Origin: the human T2T-CHM13v2.0 reference genome, Homo sapiens
NCBI RefSeq assembly: GCF_009914755.1
Contig: NC_060928.1
Length of the DNA: 64,000 nt
Reading direction: 5' to 3' (one strand)
Below are positions 34,601 through 49,915 of the stretch, piece by piece. The translations under genes were made by a program, and so were the position numbers. The first letter of the stretch is position 1; every line of letters begins with the position of its first letter. A model generated the notes under the pieces. It searched no databases. It was not told the origin of the DNA and saw only the letters and a list, made by a program, of their open reading frames with translations.

Positions 34601-36350
34601 TACAATCATCTCAGGATGGAGGGTCTGTGCTGTGGGTCCAAGCCAGGGGTCTCTGCCTGGTGACAAGCAGTGCTGGGTGTGTGAGACCCATGGGAGACAG
34701 ACTGATCTCCTTTCCTTGGGTCAATTGCAGCTTGTTGGAGGTATGGTTAAAGCACTTAGGGTCTTTGCTCCTTCACTGGTCCAAGGGTAGCAAGTGCAGT
34801 TCCACTGCAGAGGCAGTGGTAGAAAGGCATTTAGTTGCCCCTGGAGACTCTGTTCAGGGAGTTGTTGAATTGCAACTGGCTTAATAGGTCTGGGAGGGGT
34901 CAGCTAGGGCCCAGGCCTGGAGGACCTGCCCGCTGAGGAGATATGGGAATAGGCACCCAAGCGACAGTCTGGCCACTTTTCTGTAGGGCTGCTGCAGTAT
35001 GTTGGAGGCCTGCTCCTGTTTCTAGTCTCCTCGGATTTTCCAGTACCTGGAGGTATCACCAGGGAAAACTGCAAAAGAGCAAAGATGGCAGACTGTCCCT
35101 CCTCTGAAAGCTCTGTACCATGGAGGTACAGACCTGTTGCTGGCCCAAGTGTACTTGTAGGAGGTGGCTGTAGACCTCACTTGGGAGTTCCCAGCCAGTG
35201 AGGAGGAATGGGATTGGGGACTCACTTAAAAAAGCAGTTTGTTCACATTTTCACAGAGCAGCTGTGCTGTGCTTGGGTACTACCTTTGTCCCTGGCTAGT
35301 GTGCATGGCTTTCATGGAGAAAAAGAGAAGGGGCAAGTAAATACAACACCTTCAACTGAAACATCCAGGTACCTCCACTGGGACTAATTAAGGAAACAAC
35401 TTGACCCATGAAGAATGGAGAAAAGCAAGGCAGGACAACGGCCCACCTGGGAGTACCACAGAGCCAAGGAAACCTCCCACACCCAGGGAAGCAGACTCTC
35501 CAAAGCCTGAAGGCTGGAATGGCTAAGTTGCCCAAAAAGCAAAGATGGCAGCCCGCCCCTATACCTGGGAGCTCCATCACAGGGAAGTGCAATGCTGCTA
35601 TTGGTGGCTGACTGGAATTCCAAGGCAGTGGGTCTTATCCTGTGAGGTGCCGTGGAAATGGGGCCTGCAGACTGTCACTGCTCAGCCCCCTGGATTCAGC
35701 CTCTTTTCTAGTGATATGTACCAAAGTCTAACTTCCTGCTTTGCTGGAGTTGCAGCTACTTTTGCTGGAAAGCCCAGAGAACTTGAATATCTAACGATCC
35801 TGAATCTCTGTGTGTTCCTGAGCAGCTGCTCTGCTAAGACTCCACACAGCTCTGTGTATCAGAAGGCCCCAGTGGAGTGGGTTCATGAGGGGATCTCCTG
35901 ACCCAAGGGTTGCAAAGATCTGTGAGAGAATCATGCATTCTCGAGGTTGCACATTCACTCACTGCTTCCCTGGGTGTGGGAGGTTTCCTTGGCTCTGTGT
36001 TACTCCCAGGTGGGCCGTTGTCCTGCCTTGCTTTTCTCCATTCTTCATGGGTCAAATTGTTTCCTTAATTAGTCCCAATGCGGGTACCTGGATGTTTCAG
36101 TTGAAGGTGTTGTATTTACTTGCCCCTTCTCTTTTTCTCCATGAAAGCCATGCACACTAGCTGCTTCTAGTTGGCTTTCTTGGCCACATCCCGCCTCATT
36201 TTTCCTTTCAAAACCTTTGTCTTTCTTCATCTCCCTGAATGTGCACATAGTACACTGTGGCACACATATTCCCATTGCAATACCCTATTCCTGAATAAAC
36301 ATCATTTTCTTTTGGAGAGCCTTTTCTTCTGTTTGTTATTTAAGTTGGCA
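28640..36350 (+). mobile_element. ERV1-type LTR (MER34/MER39-like) split by the L1 below: about 28640-29015 and 36195-36350
   Basis: aaaatggagtca...aaaccctgacaaatagagc 5' half; 3' half resumes after the L1 with aataaa and ends ...ttggca. Confidence 0.6.
29020..36195 (-). mobile_element. Near full-length (~7.2 kb) old L1 (late L1PA/L1PREC-like) with 5'UTR, ORF1 and ORF2 remnants, nested in an LTR
   Basis: ORF1 peptide ...LWDYVKRPN...LTADFSTETLQARRD, endonuclease CCLQETHL, 3'UTR at left; ctcatt(a)tttt flanks. Confidence 0.9.
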
Positions 36351-37659
36351 GTATTAAAATGGTTATGATGTAGTTTCTGTTCCAAGAAGTTTACAATATA
36401 ATACATGTTTAATCAACTTTTATATCAATAATCTTTTGTCCCCAAATAACTCTACTTTCTAAAAAGAAGAGTAAAGATAAAATCTAGGCTAATTTGTTCT
36501 CAGCAAAAACATACTCTATGAAGAACTACCAGTCTACATTTTTGTATTCTTTCAATGAAAGACATTTTCTTGAACATCATGTTTTAGTCTCTAAAATTGT
36601 AATGTCACTTTTGATTAAAAAGTAGCATTTTTCATATTTTAAAGCTTATCTGTTTTTCAAGTCCCTTTGAATTCCCTTAGCATTTCTATAAGCTGAACTG
36701 CTCCTCTAGTTTTGGTCTTCTCATATTTCCTTATCAATTTCTCCACTAGAGATGAGAGATGTTATGAAGGAATACTAGCCAATGTCATTTATCAGACAGA
36801 CAACTAGAATATTACTTTAATCACATGCTGCTTTAAATCAGGCCAGTGCTAGCAAGCAAATTTGGGGTATGGAGTCTAATAGATTTTAGTTGGAATTCTG
36901 GCTCTGATACTTAGCAGCTGACCATAATAAGTTACTAACCCCATCTAGATCTCAGTTTAAACATTTGTGAAAAGGGAATGTTTTAATACCATACAGGGAT
37001 TATGTAGGAATATGATGAGAACACCCAAAGTACATAGGTAATTCTGTTATACTGTGCCTTGTACAAAGTGGCAGCTTTCCTGTTTCTTCATAGAAACAAT
37101 TTTTATTCTCTTTGTTTTATACAAAATTCCTAAAGGAAACAATCAAATTTATCTTGAGGAGATTCTTTATGACAGTTAGAAATTTTTCTTCCAAGGAACA
37201 GAAATACTTTAAATAAAATGGTGTGTGTGTGTGTGTGTGTGTGTGTTTAAAAAAATCCAAACTAGCCAGAAGTTTAGAGTTTGGTGATTGCTGGCCTTGG
37301 TCTAGGGCCCTAGTGATGTCAGGACCTTGGGCTGGCTTTTGTCCTTCCTCTCATTCTAGCAAGATGGCGCCTGCAGTTGCAAACATCTCATCCTCACACA
37401 AACACAAAAATCCAGAAAAGTACTAAATAGGACATTCCCATTCACATGCCTCCTTCTTTCATGGAAAGCAATCTTTCCCAAAAAGCATCCTGGCGATGTC
37501 CCTTTACCACTTTTCACCAGAACTAGGTCACCTGTGAAACCTAGACTAGCAGCAGGGAAGGGGATACTTGCCTTGAGATGTATGCCAAATAAAGCTCAGA
37601 TTCTGTTACTCGAGTAGAAAAGAAATACATGGAAAATGGTCTGCGAGCCATATCATTGT

Positions 37660-38765
37660 GTCTAGGGCAACAGTCCTTAATGTTGAAATTATTATGGACA
37701 GTAAGGAGAAATAAATCAGTCCCTGATATCCAGGAGTTGATCTGACACTCACAGCAAGTTCAGATGTTCTTTGTTAAACATAAATAACTTCCCAAATACC
37801 AACATTACACAAATCTGCTGTGTGACCATAATGGATTAAGAAAAACATGGCCACTCTGTAATCATGTCAGAGCATGCATACACATATGTCTACATACATG
37901 ATCATTGTTCAAATCACAAAAGTGACAAAACATCATACTTCCCTAATGTGGAAGTGTGAAAAAAATGTCTGCAGTTTTTGAATCCTCCTCCCCTCAGGAG
38001 GTAGAGCTTCCCCTCCTGTTGGGTGGCTGGACTTAGTGACTTGATTCTAATGAATAGAATCAGGTGGAGGTGACAATGTGTAGTTCTAAGACTCCATCAT
38101 AAAACTCATTGGACCTTATTCCTTCTGCGCTCTCTTCTTCCTCACAATGGGGTAAGCCATGTCAGAGCAGCCCTATAGAGAGGAACTGGAGCCTCCTGCC
38201 GACAGCCACTTGAAAGTGTTGGAAGCTCAACTTTGGCCCCAGTCTTCTAGGACTGCAGCTCCAGCTGACAGCTTCAGTGAGACCTCAAGAAACGCCTTGA
38301 GCCAGAACTACGCAGCTAATCCTTTCCTGGATATCTGATCCTTAGAAAGAGTGAGAGACAACTAACTGGTGGTTGTTTTAAGCTGCTAAGTTTTGGGATA
38401 ATTTGCTGCACAGAAAAGATAACTACAGTATCTGGTTAAATGAGTAACTGCTGCTTCTTTACCAATTACAGGTTCATTTCCACTTTATTACTCTTGCCTT
38501 CTTGATAAATGCTATTAAAATGCCCAATCATAGAATTGCCCCTGCTTCCTGACAGCATCCAATCCCAGGCAAAGCTCCACTTCCTTAAACCCTTTGCAGA
38601 CTCATCTAACACAAGCACAACTCTTATAATAACTTCTTTCTGGCATCCTCTTATGAGATACCTTACAGTTCCCAAAGGCATGTTGTCTCTTGTTACAACA
38701 AGCAAATAAACCCAAATCTTTCTTTGATTTCAGGTGTCTCCCTGGTGGACTTCAACTAAAGTCAT
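37660..38765. mobile_element. Nested old LTR fragments (MLT1-type LTR about 37945-38428 inside another LTR-like remnant)
   Basis: MLT1 3' end gttgttttaagctgctaagttttgggataatttg...taactaca; boundaries approximate. Confidence 0.5.
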
Positions 38766-41140
38766 CAAAAGTAGTTTGGAGTTGTATTGGACAATAAGCT
38801 TTCTGCACTATGCATAAATGAAAATCAATTCAAGCTGTTAAGAGATATGATTACACAAATGTTAGCTAATATTTATTGAATGTTTACCATGTGCCAGATG
38901 CAGGGCTAAGAGCTTTACATGCATTATATCGTTTCATTTTTATGAAATAACTTTATGAAGTGGTTGATATTAGTATTCCCATATCACAGATAAGTAAATT
39001 GAAGGGTTGCGAGGTTAAGTAACTAATCCAATATCACACAGCTAAGCAGCAGTGGAATCTGAATCCAGACTTTATCAAGACCAATATTTCTAACTATTAA
39101 TAGATTATCCCCCACCAATGTGTATCATAATACTGACTTAAATCTAACAGCCAGTGATTCCATATCTCCTCAGCCTGATAGCCAACTAACTTAGCACCCC
39201 ACTAACTGGCACTGTCTGGAGTTCTACCTTTTCCAATCATCTAGAAACAGATTTCACATGTTCTTTATTGATTCCCTCAGGGACAGCACAAGGGAAGAAT
39301 GGTAAGAATTTTATGGCTAAAGCAATTTTGAAAACCACGTATGTAACCTTCTCTTCTATAACAGTCACAAATCTGGATTCCAAATCCTGTACGGACTCGA
39401 ATTCTTAGGATATTTAAATGCAGAAACTTTTTCTTGGAAATAAAGTATACATTGTATTTCTTTTTCTAATCCAGTAAGTCATCACAAGAAGAAATAATCA
39501 ATATATTAAATGATTTTACTGTTTCTTATTTGTTTCTATGTATTACTTTTCACAAAAGGTAATTTCCCCCCACAGCTGGAAAAATAAAGGAGCAGAGGCC
39601 TGGAGACTCTTGGCATGGCCGAGGAGCACAGGAGGTGAGGACAGCCTTGGGGTAAAGGACAGCCGCCGAGGAAGATGAGCTGCTTCCAGGGAACAGACTC
39701 TGAGAGAAGAGGTGTACACATTTTAACCAAAAGAAGAAAACCAGGAAATTGGAGTTGTCTGGATGAACAATCATTCCTAAGGAACGCTGTGAGGTGAAAC
39801 CTGATTCCTGTTTCAGACTCCCCCAACACCTTCCTGTCTCTGCCCTAGTCTGCAAAGATTCTTAACTATCATTCCTTCATTCCACTCATTCATTTAGCTA
39901 CTGATTATCCTAACAGTGGCGCAACATTGTAGTATGTGCAACATAAAAGACACATTACAGTAGGGCAGAAAACATAAGACATTGTCCTATGAAAAGTTTC
40001 GTAAGACGATAAGCAGCTAACATTAATTAATCAAACAAGGAGTATTGTATTAATTCAGAGGCAAGAGCACTGGAATCTGGGATGGGCTTGGGAACAGGTG
40101 AGCTCACAGAAGGACTCTTGCCTGTGGCTAGTGCCATATATAATTATGCATGTTTAGTCATGAATCTCCTGTTTCCTTGGTTTCTGCCTTGTCTGCCCGC
40201 TAGATTGCCTCACACAACACAGGGTCTCAAAAGTAGAGCTCCCTCCTTGAAATGATTTGAGATCCAGGTCTTTCTTATATCCTCTCCCCTGACTTATATC
40301 CCTCCTTCTGTTCTTGTTTTGCTCCGTGTGAGGAGAGAGCTCGCCAACCCATCTGACCAACGAATTTGGGCTCATGGATTAAAATGGCACCACGCTAGGA
40401 AATGTGCCAGCTAAAGATTGATTCTATTATTGGGACTTTGAGAAAGGCATCGAGTCAGTCTGAGGCAGTCATACCATGGTTGCACTATATGCTGCCTATT
40501 CTGTTCCTTTGGAGAGCCCAGCTTCAGGAACCCCACCTCAGTTTATGTTAAAACATAGCCCTGTGTAAATGTAGCTTTCTCCATCCACCCCAGTGGAGGA
40601 GTGAAAGTCAACAAAACAAATTAGGTAAGTCTAAATTGATTCAGCAAGACAGGCCAATTATTAACTTATTTTGAGTGCACTATCATATTGGAGTAGTTCC
40701 TTTTAAAGAGAAAAATGAGAGAAGACTGAGAAACATCAATGTTTTTAATACTTTGAATTATCATGTTATAAAAATGATTTATCTAAAAATATTAACTATA
40801 TTTTTTCTTCTTACTCTTTTAGGTCTTTCTAGATAAAATTATTTGCTTAGTCATTTTCAGTTTGGTTCATTTTCAGTGTTTCATGGTGAAAAGAAAACAG
40901 GTTTTGGAGTTAGAATCTAAGCTTGACCAGGTACTAACTATGTACCTTGAAAAAGGTACTGCATTTTTCAGAGACCCAGTAAATAAGGCATGTCTTAAAG
41001 AGGTATTATAAATGTAGAATAACATAATGAAGTTAAAGTGCACACTGTAATAGGTACTTACTAGGACAGTTTTATTTGTGATTGCTAATCATTATTTTGG
41101 AGGGTAATACCTTTCATTTTTCAACCAAAGTACCTAAAGA

Positions 41141-41521
<381 letters not shown>

Positions 41522-43547
41522 TAAAGATATATTTTAAGTCAATGTAAGTCTTCTGGACAGCACCAACTTCCTTTCCCTGGTCCCCCATCCATCCTGCTCT
41601 GTAACTGGGTGGGCTAACTGACTCAGGTGGACTAGTCCAGGGCTTTCTTGCCCCTTGGCTGCATTTTGGCCAAGGGAGGTGTCAGTTGGAGGTTGGGAAA
41701 CAGAGTGCAGGGACAGAATGAGGCAGAATCAGGTTGGGGTATTTATTCCCCAGACACCTCTTGGCTGGCTCCCTCTATCCAATGAATCTCTGTCCTGAGG
41801 CCCTCTTCATACAGCCCTGCCTCTCTCCAGCTTCCAGCAAGTGCTTCCTCTCCTGCTCCCACACATACCAGCTCCAGGGTCCTAGACCCTTTCTGGTTGC
41901 TTTTACAAAATGCTATCCATAGGTTTATAAATAATCTCTTAAACTCTTTGCAATAACTCACCTTGATGACACCACCTATTTATTTCCTACTAAAGCCAGA
42001 AATGACACAATGATTGTTACATTTTCTACTATTATTCCTTCCAGACTGCATTGGATTTTGTTTCAATAACCTATAGATATTATCAGTCAGATTATTTCAT
42101 GAAGCTTGCCTCCATAGATAACAGAAATATGTGCTCTGGAGGAACAGAAGCTTTGGTTTCAAACGCAAGTTGGTTCTGGTCATGACTCTGCCACCTTCCA
42201 AACTAAGTGGTCCATCCACAACTTCTTTATAAGCCTCAATTTTCTCACCTGTAAAATATGGGTAATAAAAGTTCCTGCCTCGTAGGATGATTGTGGGGGT
42301 TAAATGGAATAAATGCATGTAAATTGCTTAATGGAGTGTAGAACATTGTGATCATTCAATTAGCTATTAATATTATTATTCTAGGAAAAAGAAAAGGATG
42401 TCCCCCCAGGCGACCATAAATGAGCAGCTGGGCTGTCAAATTTGCCTTTAATACTGTAACATTTCTGGTACTGGTCAAGCTACTGAAAACTCAGTATTGT
42501 ATAAACCCAACATGACAGGGAACAGGGTGACAGGGCATTGGTGGAGTGGTCAGTGCCCTCTGGCCCTAGAGCAAGTCTTTGAGGCCTGGTTCTAGTTATT
42601 TTTCTCAACCCTGGGTCTTTATCAATCACCAGGGAAGGTTTTTCAAACATAAACTGTTGGCTGGACTTCAGAGCCTACACGATTTTGCAAAGCTCCTCAG
42701 GTGCTTCTGATGTTTGGGTTAAGAGCCAAAACTCTTTATTCCAAGGGTCATTGGTACTGTCCTGGACAGAGGTGGTCCTGGGCTATGCCCTGTAGGTTTC
42801 CTCTAGTCCATAGCCAGAGAGGACCAACATATCTTCAGAGAAAGCAAATACTTAGAAAATCCTAGGGTTAGGAGGATAATATTTATCCTTGAGGCAGGGT
42901 TACCAGCCACAGATTAGAAGTAGGAGACGCCTCTTCAACTTGGAATAAAGCCCTGGTACCAGATATTAACAAACTCAGTATTCTCAGAGGGAAACTCTCA
43001 AACTGCTGACTTCTGCACATGGTCTGTTAACATCCAGGTGCTTCAGGGTTACTGCAACTGCCCAAATTCCAACTTTTCTGGAAGGACAGTGCCTGTCACT
43101 GACTGGAGATTCTTTGTGTCTCCCCCTCTTCCCTTGCCCTCCTTTCCCACAGCCTACTGTCCAGCCATAAGAGTCTATCTCTAAGTCAGTGCCTTTCATT
43201 TCACCAACTCCACACTTGTCTTATGTATTCATTCATTAAGTCACTCATTCACTCAGTAAATATTTATTGAACTATCACAGAGGGTAAATCCCACCTAAAT
43301 ATCTGGAGAATCTGCTGCAAAAAGTCCCCAAGTGATCCTTTGGTATTCCCAGAGCGAGAAGGACTCTTCTAAATATTCTCATCCTTGAATAAAAATTTAA
43401 GGGCCAAGCATATTCCATATTTCTCTGGCACTTGTGAGTTTGTAAAGCATTTTTGTAGGGATTATTTTAATTGTTAATTCTGCTTATCTTGGGATGTATT
43501 ATTATAAGTATTTATAGCTTAACTTTAGTGAAGAAAAAATGGAAGAC

Positions 43548-43631
43548 TATTGAGGTAGGTTGCAGAATGTCAATTATTGAGGTAGGTTGCAGAATGTCAA
43601 TTATTGAGGTAGGATGCAAAATGTCAATTAT
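43548..43631. repeat. 27-bp minisatellite x3
   Basis: TATTGAGGTAGGTTGCAGAATGTCAAT x2 exact plus a third copy with 2 changes. Confidence 0.92.
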
Positions 43632-44708
43632 GTCAGTGGAAGTAACGTATTGCAGAATGTTCCAACTTATCAATAATGTCTTATCGAAAGGGCTATATAG
43701 TAGCCTTTACTTTTACCTTCTAAGGGTTTTTAGTTTAGGGAGGTAAATGGCCACAGCCTTTCTTGCCTCCAATCTTGTGTTCCACCTCTTCCCTAGCTGA
43801 CTGGGCACCGTGAAGTCTGTGCCTGGTGTGTTACCACCACCTAGTGGTGAATATAGCACTTAAACCCTGTGACTGGAAACAAGATGTTAGAAGAGAATAT
43901 ATAGGTAGACTTAGATTAACATCGGTTTGAAAAGAATCTTGAATTTCTCTTCCCACTCCAGAAAGCCACCCTGATATAGATATATTCTTTTGACAAGTTT
44001 AGATAGTACATAATCAGCTATTTTTAAAAGTAGGCATTCCAGTGCCTTTTTGCTGTCTTTTCTCTTGTCACACCCTACAGTAATTTTTCCTTAAAAGCTT
44101 TTTTTAAATCATAAACCAACTATCATTTTAACTATTCAGTATCTGTGAAATATCTAATATGGATATGCAAATGGCAGAGAATGCTCTTTAAACTTCTTTT
44201 ATCAACACTTAAATTACAGCACTTCTCTCAATGAATTGAAATATCTCTTCTCAGAGCCAGAAGAACTATGTATTCAGAAGTGCTCCATTTTGAGTTCTAA
44301 CAGAAATAAACCTAAGATATTGCTTGATAACAGCTGATAGTAATTAGACCCACTGACTGGAAAAAGTAAATGCATAATACTTTGCATTACTTTGGTAATC
44401 CAAAGTAATGTCACTCATCCTAAGATTCCCTAAAGGAGCTCAGGAAACATTTCCACTGTCTGTCCTTTTTATTCAGCTGAGGGAGCAGAAAAATGAGAAA
44501 CAAAGAGCTCATTCATATGTGTGAATTTTGAGAATCTGTCAACATTCTCAGGCTGATGATGCACCACTTCTCCCATTTTTTCTAAACATGGAACCAGTTC
44601 TGCCACTGGCTTCTGTGCGACACTGGTGAACTTGCTCACGTGTTTTTGGGTTTCAATTCCCCTGCCACATTACTTTGTTTAAAAGAACCATGATCCTACA
44701 GTCACCTT

Positions 44709-46835
<2,127 letters not shown>

Positions 46836-46984
46836 TGTAGTTATTTTTGGCTGTTTTGACTTTTAATCTTTATACTAGAGATGTACAAAGCACCATAACA
46901 GTATTGGCATATTCTGAATTTGACTATATATTTAATTTTACTGGTGAATTTTATATTTAATCTTTAATTTTCTAGTTATTGCAT

Positions 46985-47195
46985 TATAAAAAGCAAAAAG
47001 GAACAGGTGAAATTAATCTCAGTAACATATTTAATCTAACCAGGTATATCCCAAAATATTATTTCAACATGTAATTAAATCAAAAAGTATGAATCAAATA
47101 TTTTCCATTACATGTATAGCACAACTTAATTGGAACTAGCCATATTTCAAGTGTTTAATAGCCACATATGGCTAGTGGCTACCTCATTGGACCCT
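46985..47195. mobile_element. hAT-Charlie DNA transposon fragment (MER3/MER33-like)
   Basis: ctagccatatttcaagtgtttaatagccacatatggctagtggctacc end motif. Confidence 0.65.
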
Positions 47196-47453
47196 ATGCC
47201 TCTATAGTTTCTATATTCTCTACATTTATGTGATTTAAATTTTTATAATGAAAATTTATTCTTATATTACTTTTACAACTAAAAAATGAATAAGAAAGGA
47301 ATAAAAATTAAAGAAACAAAAGTTTTTGCTGTCCAGTCTAAAAATAAATTTTTAAAAAACAATAATATACTCATGGAGAAGAGTTAGAAAATAAAGACTA
47401 AAATAAATCAATCAAATTAGCCGTCCTCTTTATGCCCAGAAAAACCACATTTA

Positions 47454-47595
47454 GGCTGGCCACTGTGGTTCACATCTGTAATCTCAGCACTTTGGTTGGC
47501 CAAGACGGGAGGATCACTTGAGCCCAGGAGCTTCAGACCAGCTTGGTCTCAAGACCCTGTCTTAAAAAAAAAAAAAGAAAGAAAAGAAAAGAAAT
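47454..47595 (+). mobile_element. Alu left monomer (FLAM-like)
   Basis: ggctggc...tgtaatctcagcactttgg...ggatcacttgagcccagg plus A-rich tail. Confidence 0.8.
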
Positions 47596-47903
47596 CAGAA
47601 AAAACACATTTAACATTTTGGAGAATTTTCTTTCAGGCCTTTTCCCATAAGGTATAGAATATATATAGTACCCTTTATTTTAAGGAATTTTCTCTCTTCC
47701 ATTTATAGGAACATGTTGTATCTGTTGATGATTAAATACCCTTGGGTGTCCTGGCTATTGAAAAATGATTATAAAACCTTTAGTGGCTGAAAGAAAATTA
47801 TGATGAAGTCTAGAAGAGAATCCTCTGACTAGAAGAGATTTGGAAACTATATGTGAACGTGTACCCACTTTTGCTTTTCTCTTTTATTTTTAAGACAGCC
47901 AAA

Positions 47904-47904
<1 letters not shown>

Positions 47905-47942
<38 letters not shown>

Positions 47943-47950
47943 TCTGTGTG
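47905..47950. repeat. (TG)n microsatellite (a shorter one lies at 37221-37245)
   Basis: Direct reading. Confidence 0.95.
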
Positions 47951-48346
47951 TTAACCTTCAAACAATTCACCCCACCAAAATGTTTTAAGCCTTGATTTTA
48001 TGTTAATTCTTGGACTGCTGATGGGTTATTTCCCTTTATTTTAATTCTTGGAGGTGTGGTAGTGGAGGCTGCTTAAACCACTGTGTTGACACATCCTGCA
48101 GATGGGAGTTGGTGAGGAATTCTCTTGACATCGATTGCAGCCAGGCGTGAAGATGAATGGTACTCACAGCAGCTAAAATCTTTCCTTCACATTTTACTGT
48201 TTTGTGTTTTGTTAGTTTTGTTTTTTAAACTTCTTAAAAATACTTTTCATCAGGTAAAATAGCAATCTGGGTTTTGGAAAGACATCAATTATGTATGGCT
48301 ATGTTCACATTTATACTAGAAATTATTGTCTTCTTAGTGCCTTAAC

Positions 48347-48478
48347 CTCCAGAGAGCCTTTCTATTTATTTTTCCAAAAAAGAGCAGCACTGGATCAAAT
48401 GAAGTGTGTTCCAAAAGGAACTATTCCATTAATCATACATTTTCCATAATTCTTATTGCAGGATTTCAGGGCAGTCAA
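48347..48478 (-). pseudogene. ADH pseudogene exon 7
   Basis: 132 nt, aacaag|LTALKSCNKNYGKCMINGIVPFGTH/(fs)/SFDPVLLFFG...*KGS..GG|gttaag; matches the ADH exon 7 pattern ALxSCxxxYG...DPMLLFTGRTWKG..GG with indels. Confidence 0.8.
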
Positions 48479-49915
48479 CTTGTTTAAGGTCAGAGAATGA
48501 AAAAGAGAGACTTTTTCATATAAAGACAGCATTTAATTATGGAGTCAGATTTGCTCCTGCTTAGCAATCCCTGGCAAAACCACTCTCCTCCCATTAGTTA
48601 AAATAATCTCTTTTTATCACAATCTGTCCATTAAAATAACCCCCTTTTGTGAGAAAATTACTTACAAATAAAAATAAATGTTCTGTGCACCTAGAAGATC
48701 CCTACGAAGTTTCAATAACTGAGTTTAAGTGCAGAGGATAGCACTTCAACAAAGAATCAAAAGGCAAAATAAACCATAGAGATAAGGCTCAGTGATGAAT
48801 AGCAGTGCTGGAGACTAACTGAATATGTGCTGGAAGTCTCATTTTGCCTTTGTTTGCTGACAGCTGCATTTTCCAACCAACTCAAAGAGCAATGAAAAGA
48901 ACTCTTTTTCCTGACTGAACTCTATGCAAATAGGGAACGTTATTTGGTAGTAAGATGAAGGATGGAAATGACCATGTCATCTTAGATGATTTCCTTCCTA
49001 ATCATCAAGGAAGCAACATTAAGAAGAATCAGACTTATATTTAAGCTTTGTAAAGGCCAAATTTTTTAAAGTTTAGGAAAAATAGGTTAGAGCCCATGGC
49101 TATGTACTCAAGACAATAAGTTGTTTCAAAGGGGAGGAATATTTAAAGGATGAAACTCTGACAATGGATTCTGCAAATGATCTCTGTGAGGAAGAATAGG
49201 GATACACATGTAACGATTCCAACATGGCTGCACTAGAGCTCTTAAAACAGACTTCTCAAAGAAGAGAACAACAAATTAAAGGAGAGCCCTGCTATCCAGG
49301 ATAATAAAATAGAGTCTCGGGACCTATAAGAACAGTGTCTCAAAACTAAAGACCAAAAGAATGACTTGAGACTTTCTTTTTTTAAAAAAAAGTTAAGGGC
49401 AAATAAGGAGGCTTTTAATGTGGTTAATGTTATAATGCTATGTCTCAAACAAGGAAAAAGGAAGAGAAAAGAGTAGCTAGAGAAAGCAGAATTACTCAGG
49501 TCATTTTTCTTACATCTTTTCAGTAAGGAAAACTCTGATAGGTCGATCATGGGTAGACTAAACATTAAGAAACAAATTCTAATACAGGTCAAATGATGGT
49601 AAAATAGCAAGTGGTAGGTTTGAATGCTGGCAAATTATATTCTGGGATACTAAAAGAACCTATCTTTCTGATTGTGGATACATTGAGGAAGGAGAGAGCT
49701 ATCTAAAGGGTGAACATGAGAAACTGCCACTTTTCTGAAAGGGCAATGGCTGCCTTTTCTTGTGTGACATTTCCCCTCACTGGAAGTGTTAATGTAGCAA
49801 CAGCAAGAAAGGGATTCCCTGCTCTTACATAGTGGCTGGATTAGATCATCTTAAAGGCCTCGTCCCAACTCTGAGAGGCTATTAAAAGCCAGATTCCCAG
49901 CAACTGATGGGTTGC

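Noticed and set aside
43548-43631. CRISPR-like array
   Set aside because: Head-to-tail repeats with no spacers, in mammalian DNA; an ordinary minisatellite.
47960-48060. Possible exon 8 of the relic (ATA ACC CAT = ITH followed by AAA ATC)
   Set aside because: Spacing and flanking residues do not fit and there are no clear splice sites; exons 8-9 were not identified by eye.
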